From Candidatus Latescibacterota bacterium (GTDB taxonomy: Bacteria; Latescibacterota; UBA2968; UBA8231): DNA of 64,000 nt. Position numbers and translations under genes: made by a program. The stretch is taken from NCBI GenBank assembly GCA_965248355.1, contig OZ252098.1:2560001-2624000 (forward strand), in the 5' to 3' direction. The notes beneath the pieces were generated by a model. That model saw only the letters and a list, made by a program, of their open reading frames with translations, did no database searches and was not told the origin of the DNA. Of the stretch, positions 20,001 to 29,449 are shown one piece after another (within the stretch, counting starts at the first letter, position 1; every line of letters begins with the position of its first letter).

Positions 20001-20006
20001 GGGAGC

Positions 20007-21710
20007 ATGAGTGAAACCGTCCCCTTCGGACGCGTCCTCGGCACCGAGCCTTCCACGCCGCTGGCCTTCTGGGTGGCCATAGACAAGGAACGGGTGATAC
20101 AGCTCGACGAGGTCGTCTCCCTCGAGAGGGAGCTGCCCGATTCCAGAGTCGTCCATATCTACGGCATCGTCACCGAGCTACAGGCAAAGCACGAGGGGGC
20201 GCGGTTCGACAGCGATGTGTTCCTGATCGAGGACGGAATCATCCCCGCCGAAGTCACGGAGATCGCCAAGGTCCAGGTCACCCGCTTCGAGCCCGAGTTC
20301 TTCATTCCCCCCCTGCCGGGCCAGATCGTCCGCAAGGCCAAGGGGAAAGAGCGCGACGAGGCCCTGTTCTTCGACGGCATGGTCAAACTGTTGCCCGCAG
20401 GCCTGTCGCGAGAGGACGACCCGGTCTACGCCAACTTCGAGTTCATCGACGGCACCCGCGGTGCCCATGTGAACATCAGCGGCGTCTCCGGCGTCGCCAC
20501 CAAGACGACCTACGCCACCTTCCTGCTCCACGGCATCTTCACCTCGAAAGTCATGGGCGGCGAGGCGGTGAACACCAAGGCCCTGATCTTCAACGTCAAG
20601 GGCGAGGACCTGATGTTCCTCGACCGAGCGAACCGGACTCTGAAGGAAGACCAGGCGAGACGCTACGCCTCCCTCGGCCTGGAGGCGTCGCACTTCCGCA
20701 GCGTCGAGTTCTGGGCGCCGCCGCGAAAGGGGGACAGGAACGCGGCCCCGGCCACGGGAAGCCGGCAGGGAGGGGTGACCTCCTACTTCTGGACGCTGCA
20801 CGAGTTCTGCGAAGAAGAGTTGCTCCCGTACCTGTTCACCGATCCCCAGGACGACCGGCAGCAGTACACCCTGATCGTTCACAACGTGACTTCCAGGCTG
20901 AAGAGCAAGGCCAAGCCACTCGGTGAAGGCGGAGTGCGAATCGAGGAGAGCAGTGCGAGGACCCTGGGCGAGTTGTTCGAGATCGTCATCGGCTACCTGG
21001 AGGATGACGCCACTTCCTCCGAGTGGGCCGGACGCGCCATCGGGGCCGGCACCATCGGTGCCTTCATCCGCCGGCTCTACGGCGCCCGTCCTCACGTGGA
21101 GCACCTGATCCGGGGCGACGTCCCGAACGCCGGCGCTCACAAGATCGAGCAGCAGCAGCAGGTCACGGTCGTGGACATCCACAACCTCAACGACCGGGCC
21201 AAGCGGTTCGTGGTGGGTGTAACCCTCAACAAGGTCTTCGAGGACAAGGAGCGCACCGGCCAGTCGCGCCCGCTTCTGTTCATCATGCTGGACGAGTTGA
21301 ACAAGTACGCCCCGAGGGAAGGGTCCAGCCCCATCAAGGAGATACTTCTGGACGTGGCCGAGCGCGGGCGTTCCCTCGGCATGATCCTGATCGGCGCCCA
21401 GCAGACCGCCAGCGAGGTCGAGCGGCGCATCATCGCCAATTCGTCGATCCGCGTCGTGGGCCGCCTCGACAGCGCCGAGGCCGGCCGCGACGAGTACGGA
21501 TTCCTGCCGGCGGAGCAGCGCCAGCGGGCGACCATCATCAAGCCGGGGACGATGATCCTGACGCAGCCCGAGATCCCCATTCCCCTGGTAATCGAGTTTC
21601 CCTTCCCCGCGTGGGCCACGCGTCCCGACGAGGCTCGGGATCCGCCATCCGCAGACGACGGCGGTCCGGATCCCTTCGAGGGCCTGGAGACGGGGAAGGC
21701 GGACTCTTGA
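20007..21710 (+). CDS. herA: HerA-like ATPase/helicase (FtsK/HerA superfamily)
   Basis: N-terminal HAS-barrel-like region, HVNISGVSGVATKT Walker A, LDELNK Walker B, ERGRSLG and AQQ motifs. Confidence 0.85.
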   Translation: MSETVPFGRVLGTEPSTPLAFWVAIDKERVIQLDEVVSLERELPDSRVVHIYGIVTELQAKHEGARFDSDVFLIEDGIIPAEVTEIAKVQVTRFEPEFFIPPLPGQIVRKAKGKERDEALFFDGMVKLLPAGLSREDDPVYANFEFIDGTRGAHVNISGVSGVATKTTYATFLLHGIFTSKVMGGEAVNTKALIFNVKGEDLMFLDRANRTLKEDQARRYASLGLEASHFRSVEFWAPPRKGDRNAAPATGSRQGGVTSYFWTLHEFCEEELLPYLFTDPQDDRQQYTLIVHNVTSRLKSKAKPLGEGGVRIEESSARTLGELFEIVIGYLEDDATSSEWAGRAIGAGTIGAFIRRLYGARPHVEHLIRGDVPNAGAHKIEQQQQVTVVDIHNLNDRAKRFVVGVTLNKVFEDKERTGQSRPLLFIMLDELNKYAPREGSSPIKEILLDVAERGRSLGMILIGAQQTASEVERRIIANSSIRVVGRLDSAEAGRDEYGFLPAEQRQRATIIKPGTMILTQPEIPIPLVIEFPFPAWATRPDEARDPPSADDGGPDPFEGLETGKADS

Positions 21711-22891
21711 GGATCCTCCACACCGCGGACTGGCACGTCGGCGCCACCCTGCGAGGGCGCAGCCGCGCCGACGAGCACCGGGAGGTCCTGGCCGAGATCG
21801 TGGCCATCGCGGAAGAGCGGGACGTGGATCTCGCGATCGTAGCCGGGGACCTGTTCCACCACGCCGCGCCGGGCCCCGAGTCCGAGCAGATCGTCTACGA
21901 GGCGCTGCTCAAGCTGGCCCGGGATGACCGGCAGGTCGTGCTGGTAGCCGGGAATCACGACAACCCCGCGCGCGTCGAGGCCGTCCGGCCGCTCCTCGGC
22001 ATGGCCGGCATCCACGCCGCCGGACACCCGCGCCGCCGGGATGAGGGCGGGATGGTGAAGATCGAGACCCGGAGCGGTGAGAGGGCGCACGCCGTGCTTC
22101 TGCCCTTCCTCTCCCAGCGCGGTATCGTGAAGGCGGACGACCTGATGTCGGGCGAGGCCGGCGACCACGTGCAGAAGTACGCCGAACGCATCCGGCGCAT
22201 CCTCTCTCACCTGTGTGAGGGTTTCGAGGATGACGCGGTCAACCTGGTAGTCTCCCACCTCACCGTCGTCGGAGGCAGGATGGGCGGCGGCGAGCGGGAA
22301 GCGCACACGATCTTCGACTACCACGTACCTCCCCAGGTCTTCCCGACGAATGCCCACTACACGGCGCTCGGACACCTTCACCGGGAGCAGAAAGTAGCGG
22401 GGGCTGATCGGATCCGGTACTGCGGCGCACCGATCCAGGTCGACTTCTCCGAGGAGCAGAACGATCCCTGTGTGCTGTTGGTCAAGGTGGAAGCCGGGGT
22501 GCCCGCCCGGGTGAAGGAGGAGAAGCTCCGCTCACCCAGGTCCCTTCGCACGCTGTCAGGAACGCGCGACGAACTGATGGAGCAGCTCGGATCCACGGGC
22601 GACGCGTATTTGCGGATTGTGATCGAGGAGAGGCCGTCCCCCGGGCTCGCGGACGAGATGCGGGAAGCCTTCCCGAACGCGGTGGACGTCCGGGTAGTGC
22701 ACGAAGCCGATGAGCCCGACGAAACGGACCCGCTCGACTTCGCCCAAGTCCGCAGGTCACCACGCGACCTGTTTGCGCGGTACCTGGAGCAAAAGGGCGT
22801 GGAGGGCGAGGAGTTGCTGAAGCTGTTCGACCGGCTGCTGGAGGAGCTTGAGGACTCGGACAACGACGACGCGGAGGGGGCGACCGATTAG
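21707..22891 (+). CDS. sbcD: SbcD/Mre11 metallophosphoesterase nuclease
   Basis: TTG start overlapping herA stop; HTADWH, AGDLF, GNHD, LGHLH motifs. Confidence 0.93.
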   Translation: MRILHTADWHVGATLRGRSRADEHREVLAEIVAIAEERDVDLAIVAGDLFHHAAPGPESEQIVYEALLKLARDDRQVVLVAGNHDNPARVEAVRPLLGMAGIHAAGHPRRRDEGGMVKIETRSGERAHAVLLPFLSQRGIVKADDLMSGEAGDHVQKYAERIRRILSHLCEGFEDDAVNLVVSHLTVVGGRMGGGEREAHTIFDYHVPPQVFPTNAHYTALGHLHREQKVAGADRIRYCGAPIQVDFSEEQNDPCVLLVKVEAGVPARVKEEKLRSPRSLRTLSGTRDELMEQLGSTGDAYLRIVIEERPSPGLADEMREAFPNAVDVRVVHEADEPDETDPLDFAQVRRSPRDLFARYLEQKGVEGEELLKLFDRLLEELEDSDNDDAEGATD

Positions 22892-22894
22892 CGC

Positions 22895-25297
22895 ATGCGT
22901 CCGATAGAGCTTGAGATGGAGGGGTTCACCTCCTTCAGAGACCGCACGGTAGTCGACTTCGAAGATGTGGACCTGTTCGTGATCACCGGTCCGACGGGAT
23001 CAGGGAAGTCGAGCGTCATCGACGCCATGATCTTCGCCCTCTACGGATCGATCCCCCGGCTCGACGACCGCCGGGCGGTGGCGCCGGTTATCAGCAGGGG
23101 AATGCTCCAGGCGCGCGTACGGCTCGACTTCATGGTCGGCGGGAAGCGCTACACCGCTGTACGGGTGGTCCGGGCAACGAGGGATGGAGCCACCACGCGC
23201 GAGGCGACCTTGGAAGATGACGCCGGCAACACGCTGACGGCCAGCGACCCCAAGGAATTGACCAAGAGGGTGGAGGAGATCCTCGGCCTGTCCTTCGACC
23301 ACTTTACCAAGTCCGTAGTCCTGCCCCAGGGCGACTTCGCGGAACTCCTGCACGAGCGGCCCGGGGAGAGACAGAAGTTGCTCCAGCGGCTGCTGGGCAC
23401 GGAGCTCTACGGCCGGCTGGCGAGCCTCGCGGGCGCGAGAAGCAAGGAGGCCCAATTCTCCGCTCAACTCCTCGAGAGCGACATAGCACAGGGCCGTGCC
23501 GCTGGAATCACTGCCGAGGCTTTGACGGCGGCGCACCAGAGGGCGGAGGACCTCGAGCGTCTGGTGCTGCGGATAAAGGAGCAACAGCCGGAAATCAAAC
23601 GGCTCGAGAAGAAGCTGGATCTGGCGGCGCAAGAAACGACAAAGGTCCAGGAACGGCTCAGGGTGCTGAGCGAAATCCGCGTACCCGATGGCATCTCCGA
23701 ACTGGCCGAGAGGATAGGGGAGGGGCGCCGCGCTCTCCATCAGGCGAGAGAGGCTCATGACAAGTCCGTGGAGGAGCGACGTCGTATCCAGGAGGACTTG
23801 GAAAAGCTGCGCAAACTAGACGACCTGAGGGACTGGCTGCGCCGCTACGAAGAGTTGGCCAAAGCTCGGAAGAAGGAGGGTGAGGCGTCGTCCCGGCTGA
23901 AAGAAGCGCAGACGGCTCTGGAGATTGTCCAGGCGAAGGCGGAGAAGGCAGGGAAGGAGTTCGAGGATGCCCAAGAGGCCGTGAGCTCGATGGAGGATGA
24001 ACATAGGGCCTATCACCTTGCCGCGGGGCTGACGGCGGGAGACCAATGCCCCGTCTGCCGTCAGCGAGTGGCCGAGCCGCCGTCGCTGCAGGCACCCCGG
24101 GAGATGCAGGAGGTGCACGAGGCCCTCGAAAGGGTGAGGGAAAGCCGGCAGCTTGCTGACGCCAAGCTCGATGATGCCCAGTACGCAGTAGCCGCGGAGG
24201 AGCGCAGCTTCAAGGAGGCGGAAGAGCAGGTCAGGGCTTTGGAGGAGGAGTTGAAAGATGCGGATCCCCGCGAGGACCTTGAAGCTGCCTTGGAAGAAGT
24301 TCTGACAGCCGACCAACTGTTGCTGGAGGCGAACAGAAGGGAGAAGGAAGCCGGCGTCCGGTTGCGCAAGGCCGAGAGGGTTGTCAAGGCGCTGGAAGAG
24401 GATGAGAGGACGGCGTGGGAGGAGTACGACAGGCAAAGAGACCTGCTCGCAGGGATGCAGCCGCCCCCCGCCCAACGCGAGGAACTATGGGTGGCGTGGA
24501 GTGATTTGGTCCGCTGGGTGAGGGAGCAGGAGCGAGAGCAACGCGACCTCCTCGAAGAGGGAAGGAAGGAGCGGGAGGAGACGGAGTCCGCCCTCGCGGA
24601 GATCCGGCAATCGATCGCCGGGTGGTGTGGCGAGACCGGTGTCACCGTGGCCGACGGTGAGGAGCCGCTGACGGCGTGCCGCGTCGAGATGGGCAGGCAG
24701 GCAGGGGAGATCGAACGGATCGAGCACTCCCTGCAGGAGATTGAGCGGAAGCAGGGAGAGTTGAAGCGGCTGCAGCAGGAGGGCAGGGTCGCGGGGGAAC
24801 TCGCACGGCACCTCGACGCGCGCAACTTCGAGCGCTGGCTGATGGCACAGGTGTTGAAGCAGTTCTCCGCTGGGGCCAGCAGGGAACTGCTCAAGTTGTC
24901 GAGGGGTTCCTACTCCCTGGATCTGGACGGGAACAACAACTTCGTCGTGGTGGATCACCGCAACGCCGACGAGCGCGGTCCCGTGAAGACGCTCTCCGGG
25001 GGCGAGACCTTCCAGGCCTCCCTGTCGCTGGCCCTTGCCCTCTCGGAGCATCTCACGAACTTGGCGGTGGGCGGCGCGGCCAGGCTGGAGGCCCTCTTCC
25101 TGGACGAGGGATTCGGCACCCTGGACACGGATACGGACACCCTGGACGCTGTCATATCGGCCCTCGAGGAACTCGCTTCATACGGGAAGATGGTCGGAAT
25201 CGTGACCCACGTGCAGGAGCTGGCCGAGCGCATCCCCGTTCGCTACGAGGTGACCAAGGAAGGGAACCGGTCGTCCATAAGGAGGGTCGAGGCGTGA
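22895..25297 (+). CDS. sbcC: SbcC/Rad50 SMC-like ATPase
   Basis: GPTGSGKS, LPQGDF Q-loop, coiled coil with CPVC zinc hook, LSGGE, LDEGFG. Confidence 0.93.
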   Translation: MRPIELEMEGFTSFRDRTVVDFEDVDLFVITGPTGSGKSSVIDAMIFALYGSIPRLDDRRAVAPVISRGMLQARVRLDFMVGGKRYTAVRVVRATRDGATTREATLEDDAGNTLTASDPKELTKRVEEILGLSFDHFTKSVVLPQGDFAELLHERPGERQKLLQRLLGTELYGRLASLAGARSKEAQFSAQLLESDIAQGRAAGITAEALTAAHQRAEDLERLVLRIKEQQPEIKRLEKKLDLAAQETTKVQERLRVLSEIRVPDGISELAERIGEGRRALHQAREAHDKSVEERRRIQEDLEKLRKLDDLRDWLRRYEELAKARKKEGEASSRLKEAQTALEIVQAKAEKAGKEFEDAQEAVSSMEDEHRAYHLAAGLTAGDQCPVCRQRVAEPPSLQAPREMQEVHEALERVRESRQLADAKLDDAQYAVAAEERSFKEAEEQVRALEEELKDADPREDLEAALEEVLTADQLLLEANRREKEAGVRLRKAERVVKALEEDERTAWEEYDRQRDLLAGMQPPPAQREELWVAWSDLVRWVREQEREQRDLLEEGRKEREETESALAEIRQSIAGWCGETGVTVADGEEPLTACRVEMGRQAGEIERIEHSLQEIERKQGELKRLQQEGRVAGELARHLDARNFERWLMAQVLKQFSAGASRELLKLSRGSYSLDLDGNNNFVVVDHRNADERGPVKTLSGGETFQASLSLALALSEHLTNLAVGGAARLEALFLDEGFGTLDTDTDTLDAVISALEELASYGKMVGIVTHVQELAERIPVRYEVTKEGNRSSIRRVEA

Positions 25298-26241
25298 AGA
25301 TCGCCGTCGAGTCCTGGGCCCCGGAGTACGGCTCCCTGGTCGATTCTGGTGAGATGGAGGAGGCGGAGGCTCCAACGGACGTGGAGGTCGAGATGCCGGC
25401 CGGCGAGTGGCGGCCCCTGTCGCCCTCCCCGGAGACCCCGAAGCCCGCCGCCATCCACTTCGTGGACGGCGTGCGGCGCATCGACGCCCGTGTGTGGATC
25501 ACACACGACGACGGGATGACCCGGTTGGGGATCTGCGCGTCCTACGCTGCGGGCGTGGTGCGATGTGGGCAGCGTGCAGAGGTTATCGACGCCCAAGTGC
25601 GCCGGCAGCTGGTGTCGACGGCGGGCGCCCCCGCCCTCGTCACGAGGGCCGGCCGGTTCGAGCCCTGCGCCGCCGCAAAGGATGCCATCGACGAGTTGCT
25701 CATCGCATTGCAGGGACAGCTTGGCCAGCTGGAGGTCCAGGTGGCCGCCCGCAACGTCCCGGACGATGCCCTCCTCGTGCTCGATGGCCCGGTGAGCCGC
25801 GGGCGCCACCAGATCCCCGGCGCCCTCGGATACGTGAAGACGCACCAGGTCCGGTATCTTCCGGCCAGTCTCTCGGAGGTGGTCTCAGGACTGAAGCCGG
25901 GAGAGAGGACCCCGATCTTCCTGACCCAGACGACGTGGAGCCGGTACTCGTGGTACCTGAGGCTGCCCGGCGGCGAAGGGCATCCCTGGTCGGGCGTGGT
26001 CCGATGCGAGGCATCGGCCGAGGGAGAGGTGGGGAAGTTCCGGAGGCTGGCCGATCAGTCCGCGGCGGTCCTGCCCGCCTATGCCTCGGAGCGCCACAAG
26101 GAGCCGCGGGCCCCGCAGAACCTGTACCCGATCTCAACGCTCGAGCGGGAGCTGCGGCGGCGGCTCGGCGACGTGGCCTACGTGCACCGGGAATTGAGGC
26201 GTAGCGCCCTCCCCTTCACTGGAGAGCCGCCCTATGGATGA
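25294..26241 (+). CDS. nurA: NurA-like nuclease
   Basis: FVDGVRR, LDGP, GYVKTH, SWYLRL, PRAPQNLYP..LE..L motifs; operon context. Confidence 0.75.
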   Translation: MKIAVESWAPEYGSLVDSGEMEEAEAPTDVEVEMPAGEWRPLSPSPETPKPAAIHFVDGVRRIDARVWITHDDGMTRLGICASYAAGVVRCGQRAEVIDAQVRRQLVSTAGAPALVTRAGRFEPCAAAKDAIDELLIALQGQLGQLEVQVAARNVPDDALLVLDGPVSRGRHQIPGALGYVKTHQVRYLPASLSEVVSGLKPGERTPIFLTQTTWSRYSWYLRLPGGEGHPWSGVVRCEASAEGEVGKFRRLADQSAAVLPAYASERHKEPRAPQNLYPISTLERELRRRLGDVAYVHRELRRSALPFTGEPPYG

Positions 26242-27084
26242 CATACCGCACGGAGCACAGGCATCTGAGGAAACGCCGGCCAGCGCTTGGGAACGCGATG
26301 CGGCCAAGCGTGCTCTGGATGACCTGTTCAGTATCGCTTGCAGGTACAAGGCAACCAAGGCATACAAGGAATTGGTGGATTTCGTGGCCAGATTCCGGTT
26401 CTACTCACCGTTCAACGCCCTGCTGATCCACGTTCAGAAACCGGGAGCGACTTTCGTTGCTCCGGCCCATCGGTGGCGTGACAAGTACAAGAGAGAAGTA
26501 ATGCCTGGTGCACAGCCGATCGTGATTCTGCAGCCGATGGGACCGGTGATGTTCGTCTTTGACGTCAGCCAGACCGAACCGACAGAGGATGCTCCTCGGC
26601 TGCCGGCAGAAGGCACCAATCCGTTCCTGACGAGCGGTGGAACCATCGGCTGTGGACTCCCGCGGGCTATCGAGAATGGAAAACGGGACGGAGTCCGCAC
26701 AAGCCGTGTCGCCCTCGGCTCTCAAGGGGCCGGTTTAATCAGTGTCTACTCAGGGAATGGAATCTCACAGGAGTTCCAATCTGGATACGACAGCGACAGA
26801 GTGCCGATCTATGTCAAAGTTCCGGTCAGATACGATCTCGTGGTCAATAAGGAACACGGCCCGGAGGAACAGTATGTCACCATCGCTCACGAACTCGCAC
26901 ACCTGTATTGTGGGCACCTTGGCTCGCCTAGTCCCAAGTGGTGGCCCGATCGACGCGGTTTGGCAAAGCCGAAGTTCCCTCCATCAGTCTTGAGCTCGTC
27001 ATGAAGACCGCCGGACTCATCGAGTCCATGACGAAACGGTCGTTGAAGCCGCGGCGAGACGAGTCCTCGCAGGGGCGTAGGTGA
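26234..27084 (+). pseudogene. ArdC-like N-terminal domain plus zincin (HExxH) protein with internal deletion/frameshift
   Basis: YSPFNALLI..Q.PGATFVA..W and AHELAHLYCGH; plausible C-terminus (ISLELVMKTAGLIESM…*) lies in another frame ending 27084. Confidence 0.7.
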
Positions 27085-27127
27085 TGCGGCGCGCCGGCGG
27101 CTGCTGAGGAAGGGAGGGAACCTCGTG

Positions 27128-27496
27128 ATGGCGAAACCCATCGGGTCGCAGCTGGACCAACTGCGGCTGCTGAAGGACGGCTGGCTCGAGGGGGAAGGGC
27201 TGTCACCAACCGAGACCGGTCTCGATTGGCTGCAAGACGCCTTCGACCGGCATTTGCCGGGCGACGCGCCGCTTCCGCACCTCTACCCGACGGAGACGGG
27301 AGGCGTTCAGGCCGAGTGGTCCATAGGTCCGAAGGAAATCACCTTCGAGTTGAATCTCGTTACCCATTCGGGCGCGTGGCACACGCTCGACACGGAGACC
27401 GGGGAGGTGGAGGAACGGATACTCAACGGTGACGACAGCAGTGACTGGAAGTGGCTGGCGCGCCGGATCGAGGCCATGTTGGCGGACGAAGGATGA
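27128..27496 (+). CDS. Hypothetical protein
   Basis: GGAGG RBS; protein-like composition (LKDGWLEG…PHLYPT..GGVQAEW). Confidence 0.6.
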   Translation: MAKPIGSQLDQLRLLKDGWLEGEGLSPTETGLDWLQDAFDRHLPGDAPLPHLYPTETGGVQAEWSIGPKEITFELNLVTHSGAWHTLDTETGEVEERILNGDDSSDWKWLARRIEAMLADEG

Positions 27497-27576
27497 GACC
27501 GCGCACCGGATGCTGGCGGCTTGATCGCGGCCGGCAGTTTCCCATGGACCCTGTCTGACACTTGGCGATGCGCCCC

Positions 27577-27620
27577 AAACACAACAAAGGGCCGGCACCC
27601 CTCGCGGGGCGCCGGCCCTT
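27577..27620 (-). terminator. Intrinsic terminator downstream of hsp20
   Basis: AAGGGCCGGCACCCC / GGGGCGCCGGCCCTT hairpin followed by a U-rich tail on the minus strand. Confidence 0.75.
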
Positions 27621-27662
27621 CTCCTCACCGCCTGCCTTCGGCGGCCGTCCTGCGGTCGATCG

Positions 27663-28109
27663 TCAGGCGCTGACCTTGACCTCGATCTGCTTCGGCTTGG
27701 CCTCCTCGGCCTTGGGCACGGTCACCGAGAGGACGCCGTCCTTGTAGGTGGCCGCCACCGCCTCGGTGTCGACGGCGGCGGGCAGGTCGAAGGTGCGGGT
27801 GAAGGTGCCGTGGGCCCGCTCCACGCGGTGCGCGCCTCCCTCCTTCGACTCCTTCTCCCGGTGGCGCTGACCCTTGATCATCAGTCGGCCGTCGACCACG
27901 GTGATCTCGAGATCCTCTTTCCCGATGCCGGGGAGATCGGCGTGGATCAGGAACTCGTGGTCCGTCTCCCTGATGTCCACGGAGGGGCGCCAGACCGTCC
28001 CTTCTCCGTTGGTCGCGCCCTCATCCTTGGGCCACAGGTCGTCGAACAGCCGGTCGACGTCCCTGCGCAGGCTGAAGAGCTCACGGGGCTGCCAGCGAAC
28101 GAGTGCCAT
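27663..28109 (-). CDS. Hsp20 / alpha-crystallin small heat-shock protein
   Basis: WRPSVDI, ADLPG, ER..G.F.R.F.LP, A.YKDGVL; AGGAGG RBS. Confidence 0.95.
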   Translation of the reverse strand: MALVRWQPRELFSLRRDVDRLFDDLWPKDEGATNGEGTVWRPSVDIRETDHEFLIHADLPGIGKEDLEITVVDGRLMIKGQRHREKESKEGGAHRVERAHGTFTRTFDLPAAVDTEAVAATYKDGVLSVTVPKAEEAKPKQIEVKVSA

Positions 28110-28180
28110 TTCATTTCCTCCTGTCTTGGATCGGGGCATCCGCCCCGACCGCGGTGGGTTTGGTTGGCGACGACTCAGAG

Positions 28181-28196
28181 TGCAAAAGCCGTACCA
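28181..28196 (-). promoter_or_regulatory. Sigma54 -24/-12 promoter of hsp20
   Basis: TGGTAC-GGCTT-TTGCA on minus strand ~70 bp upstream of ATG. Confidence 0.7.
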
Positions 28197-28310
28197 CCGG
28201 CGCATCTCCCGGGATTTCGCCGCGCGACGGGAGAGGAAAGTGCTGAAATGGCAGATCGGACGACGATAAATGGCTGACAGACAGGCCTCTGACTGCCGAT
28301 AGGGCAGGAT

Positions 28311-29366
28311 TCAGGGGCGGCCTGACTCCGGGCTCTCGGGATTGCTGAGGGATTTCTGCCGGCGCCGGTGAGCCAGTTCGCGCATGTCCACGGCGGTGTC
28401 GAACTCGCCGACGATCTCGGTGCCCAGGATCTCCTCGAGCACGTCCTCGAGGGTGACCAGGCCGGCCAGACCCCCGTACTCGTTGATCGCCATCACCAGG
28501 TGCTGCCGCGTCTCCAGCAGGCGCCGCAGCAGCCGGTCGGCGGTCAGCGTCTCGGCGACGAAGTCCACGGGCCGCATCATCTCCTCGAGGGTGCGGCCCC
28601 ACTCTCCCTCGGCCATGGCCGCGAGCAGGTCCTGCCGGTGCACCATGCCCACCACGTCGTCGCTGTCGCTGTCGTACACGGGCACGCGGCCGTGGTTCAG
28701 GGACTGCACCGAGTCGCGCACCTCGCCGACGGTGGAGGCCACGGCCAGGGAGAACACCACCGTGCGCGGGGTCATGATGTCGCGCACCATCGTCGCCTCG
28801 AGGCCGAGGACGTTCTCGATGACGGCGGCCTCGTCGGCGTCGATGGCGCCTTCCTTGTGGCCGAGGCGGGCCATGACCAGCAGCTCTTCCTCGGAGACGC
28901 CGGGGGAACCCGGGTCCCGGGCGATGAGCCGCGTGACCTGTCCGGTGAGCCAGATGAGGGGTCGGAAGAGCCAAACCATGGCCAGCAGGGGGCGAGCCAC
29001 GGGGCCCGCCAGGCCGCGGCTGTAGACGACGCCCGCGGTCTTGGGGATCACCTCGGAGAACAGGAGAATCGCCAGGGTGAAGGCGGCGGAGAACAGCCAG
29101 AGGCGGTCGTCGCCGAAGACGACGACGTAGGCCGCGCCCGCCCAGGCCGCTCCGGCGGTGTTGGCGATGGTGTTCAGGGACAGGATGGCGGCGATGGGGC
29201 GGGCCACCTGCTCGCGCAGCGCGCGCAGGATGCGCCCCGTCTTCTTGCCGGCCTCGGCCATGGCTTCCACGTGGCCGACGGGCACGGAGTAGAGGACCGC
29301 TTCGAAGAGCGAGCACATGGCCGAAAAGCCGACGGCCAGGGCGACGGCCAGGACCAGCTCCGTCAT
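28311..29366 (-). CDS. CNNM/DUF21 plus CBS domain (hemolysin/CorC-like) protein
   Basis: SLFEA, ILSLNTIAN, SEVIPK, IMTPR, NEYGG..GLVTLED. Confidence 0.92.
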   Translation of the reverse strand: MTELVLAVALAVGFSAMCSLFEAVLYSVPVGHVEAMAEAGKKTGRILRALREQVARPIAAILSLNTIANTAGAAWAGAAYVVVFGDDRLWLFSAAFTLAILLFSEVIPKTAGVVYSRGLAGPVARPLLAMVWLFRPLIWLTGQVTRLIARDPGSPGVSEEELLVMARLGHKEGAIDADEAAVIENVLGLEATMVRDIMTPRTVVFSLAVASTVGEVRDSVQSLNHGRVPVYDSDSDDVVGMVHRQDLLAAMAEGEWGRTLEEMMRPVDFVAETLTADRLLRRLLETRQHLVMAINEYGGLAGLVTLEDVLEEILGTEIVGEFDTAVDMRELAHRRRQKSLSNPESPESGRP

Positions 29367-29449
29367 GGAGAGCCTCCAGGTGAGGGGACCCGCGGCGGCG
29401 GGATGGCCGGACGCGGGGCGCAGCTAGGATACAGCGAGGGTGAGGGCGG

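Noticed and set aside
4941..27031. 14-bp CATCGAGTCCATGA at 4941 and 27018 as island-bounding att sites
   Set aside because: The second copy lies within the displaced coding tail of the ArdC-like gene and accessory DNA continues past it; probably chance, though not excluded
28163..28186. CIRCE (HrcA) operator upstream of hsp20
   Set aside because: Only one half-site (GAGTGCAAA) matches; the sigma54 box explains the sequence
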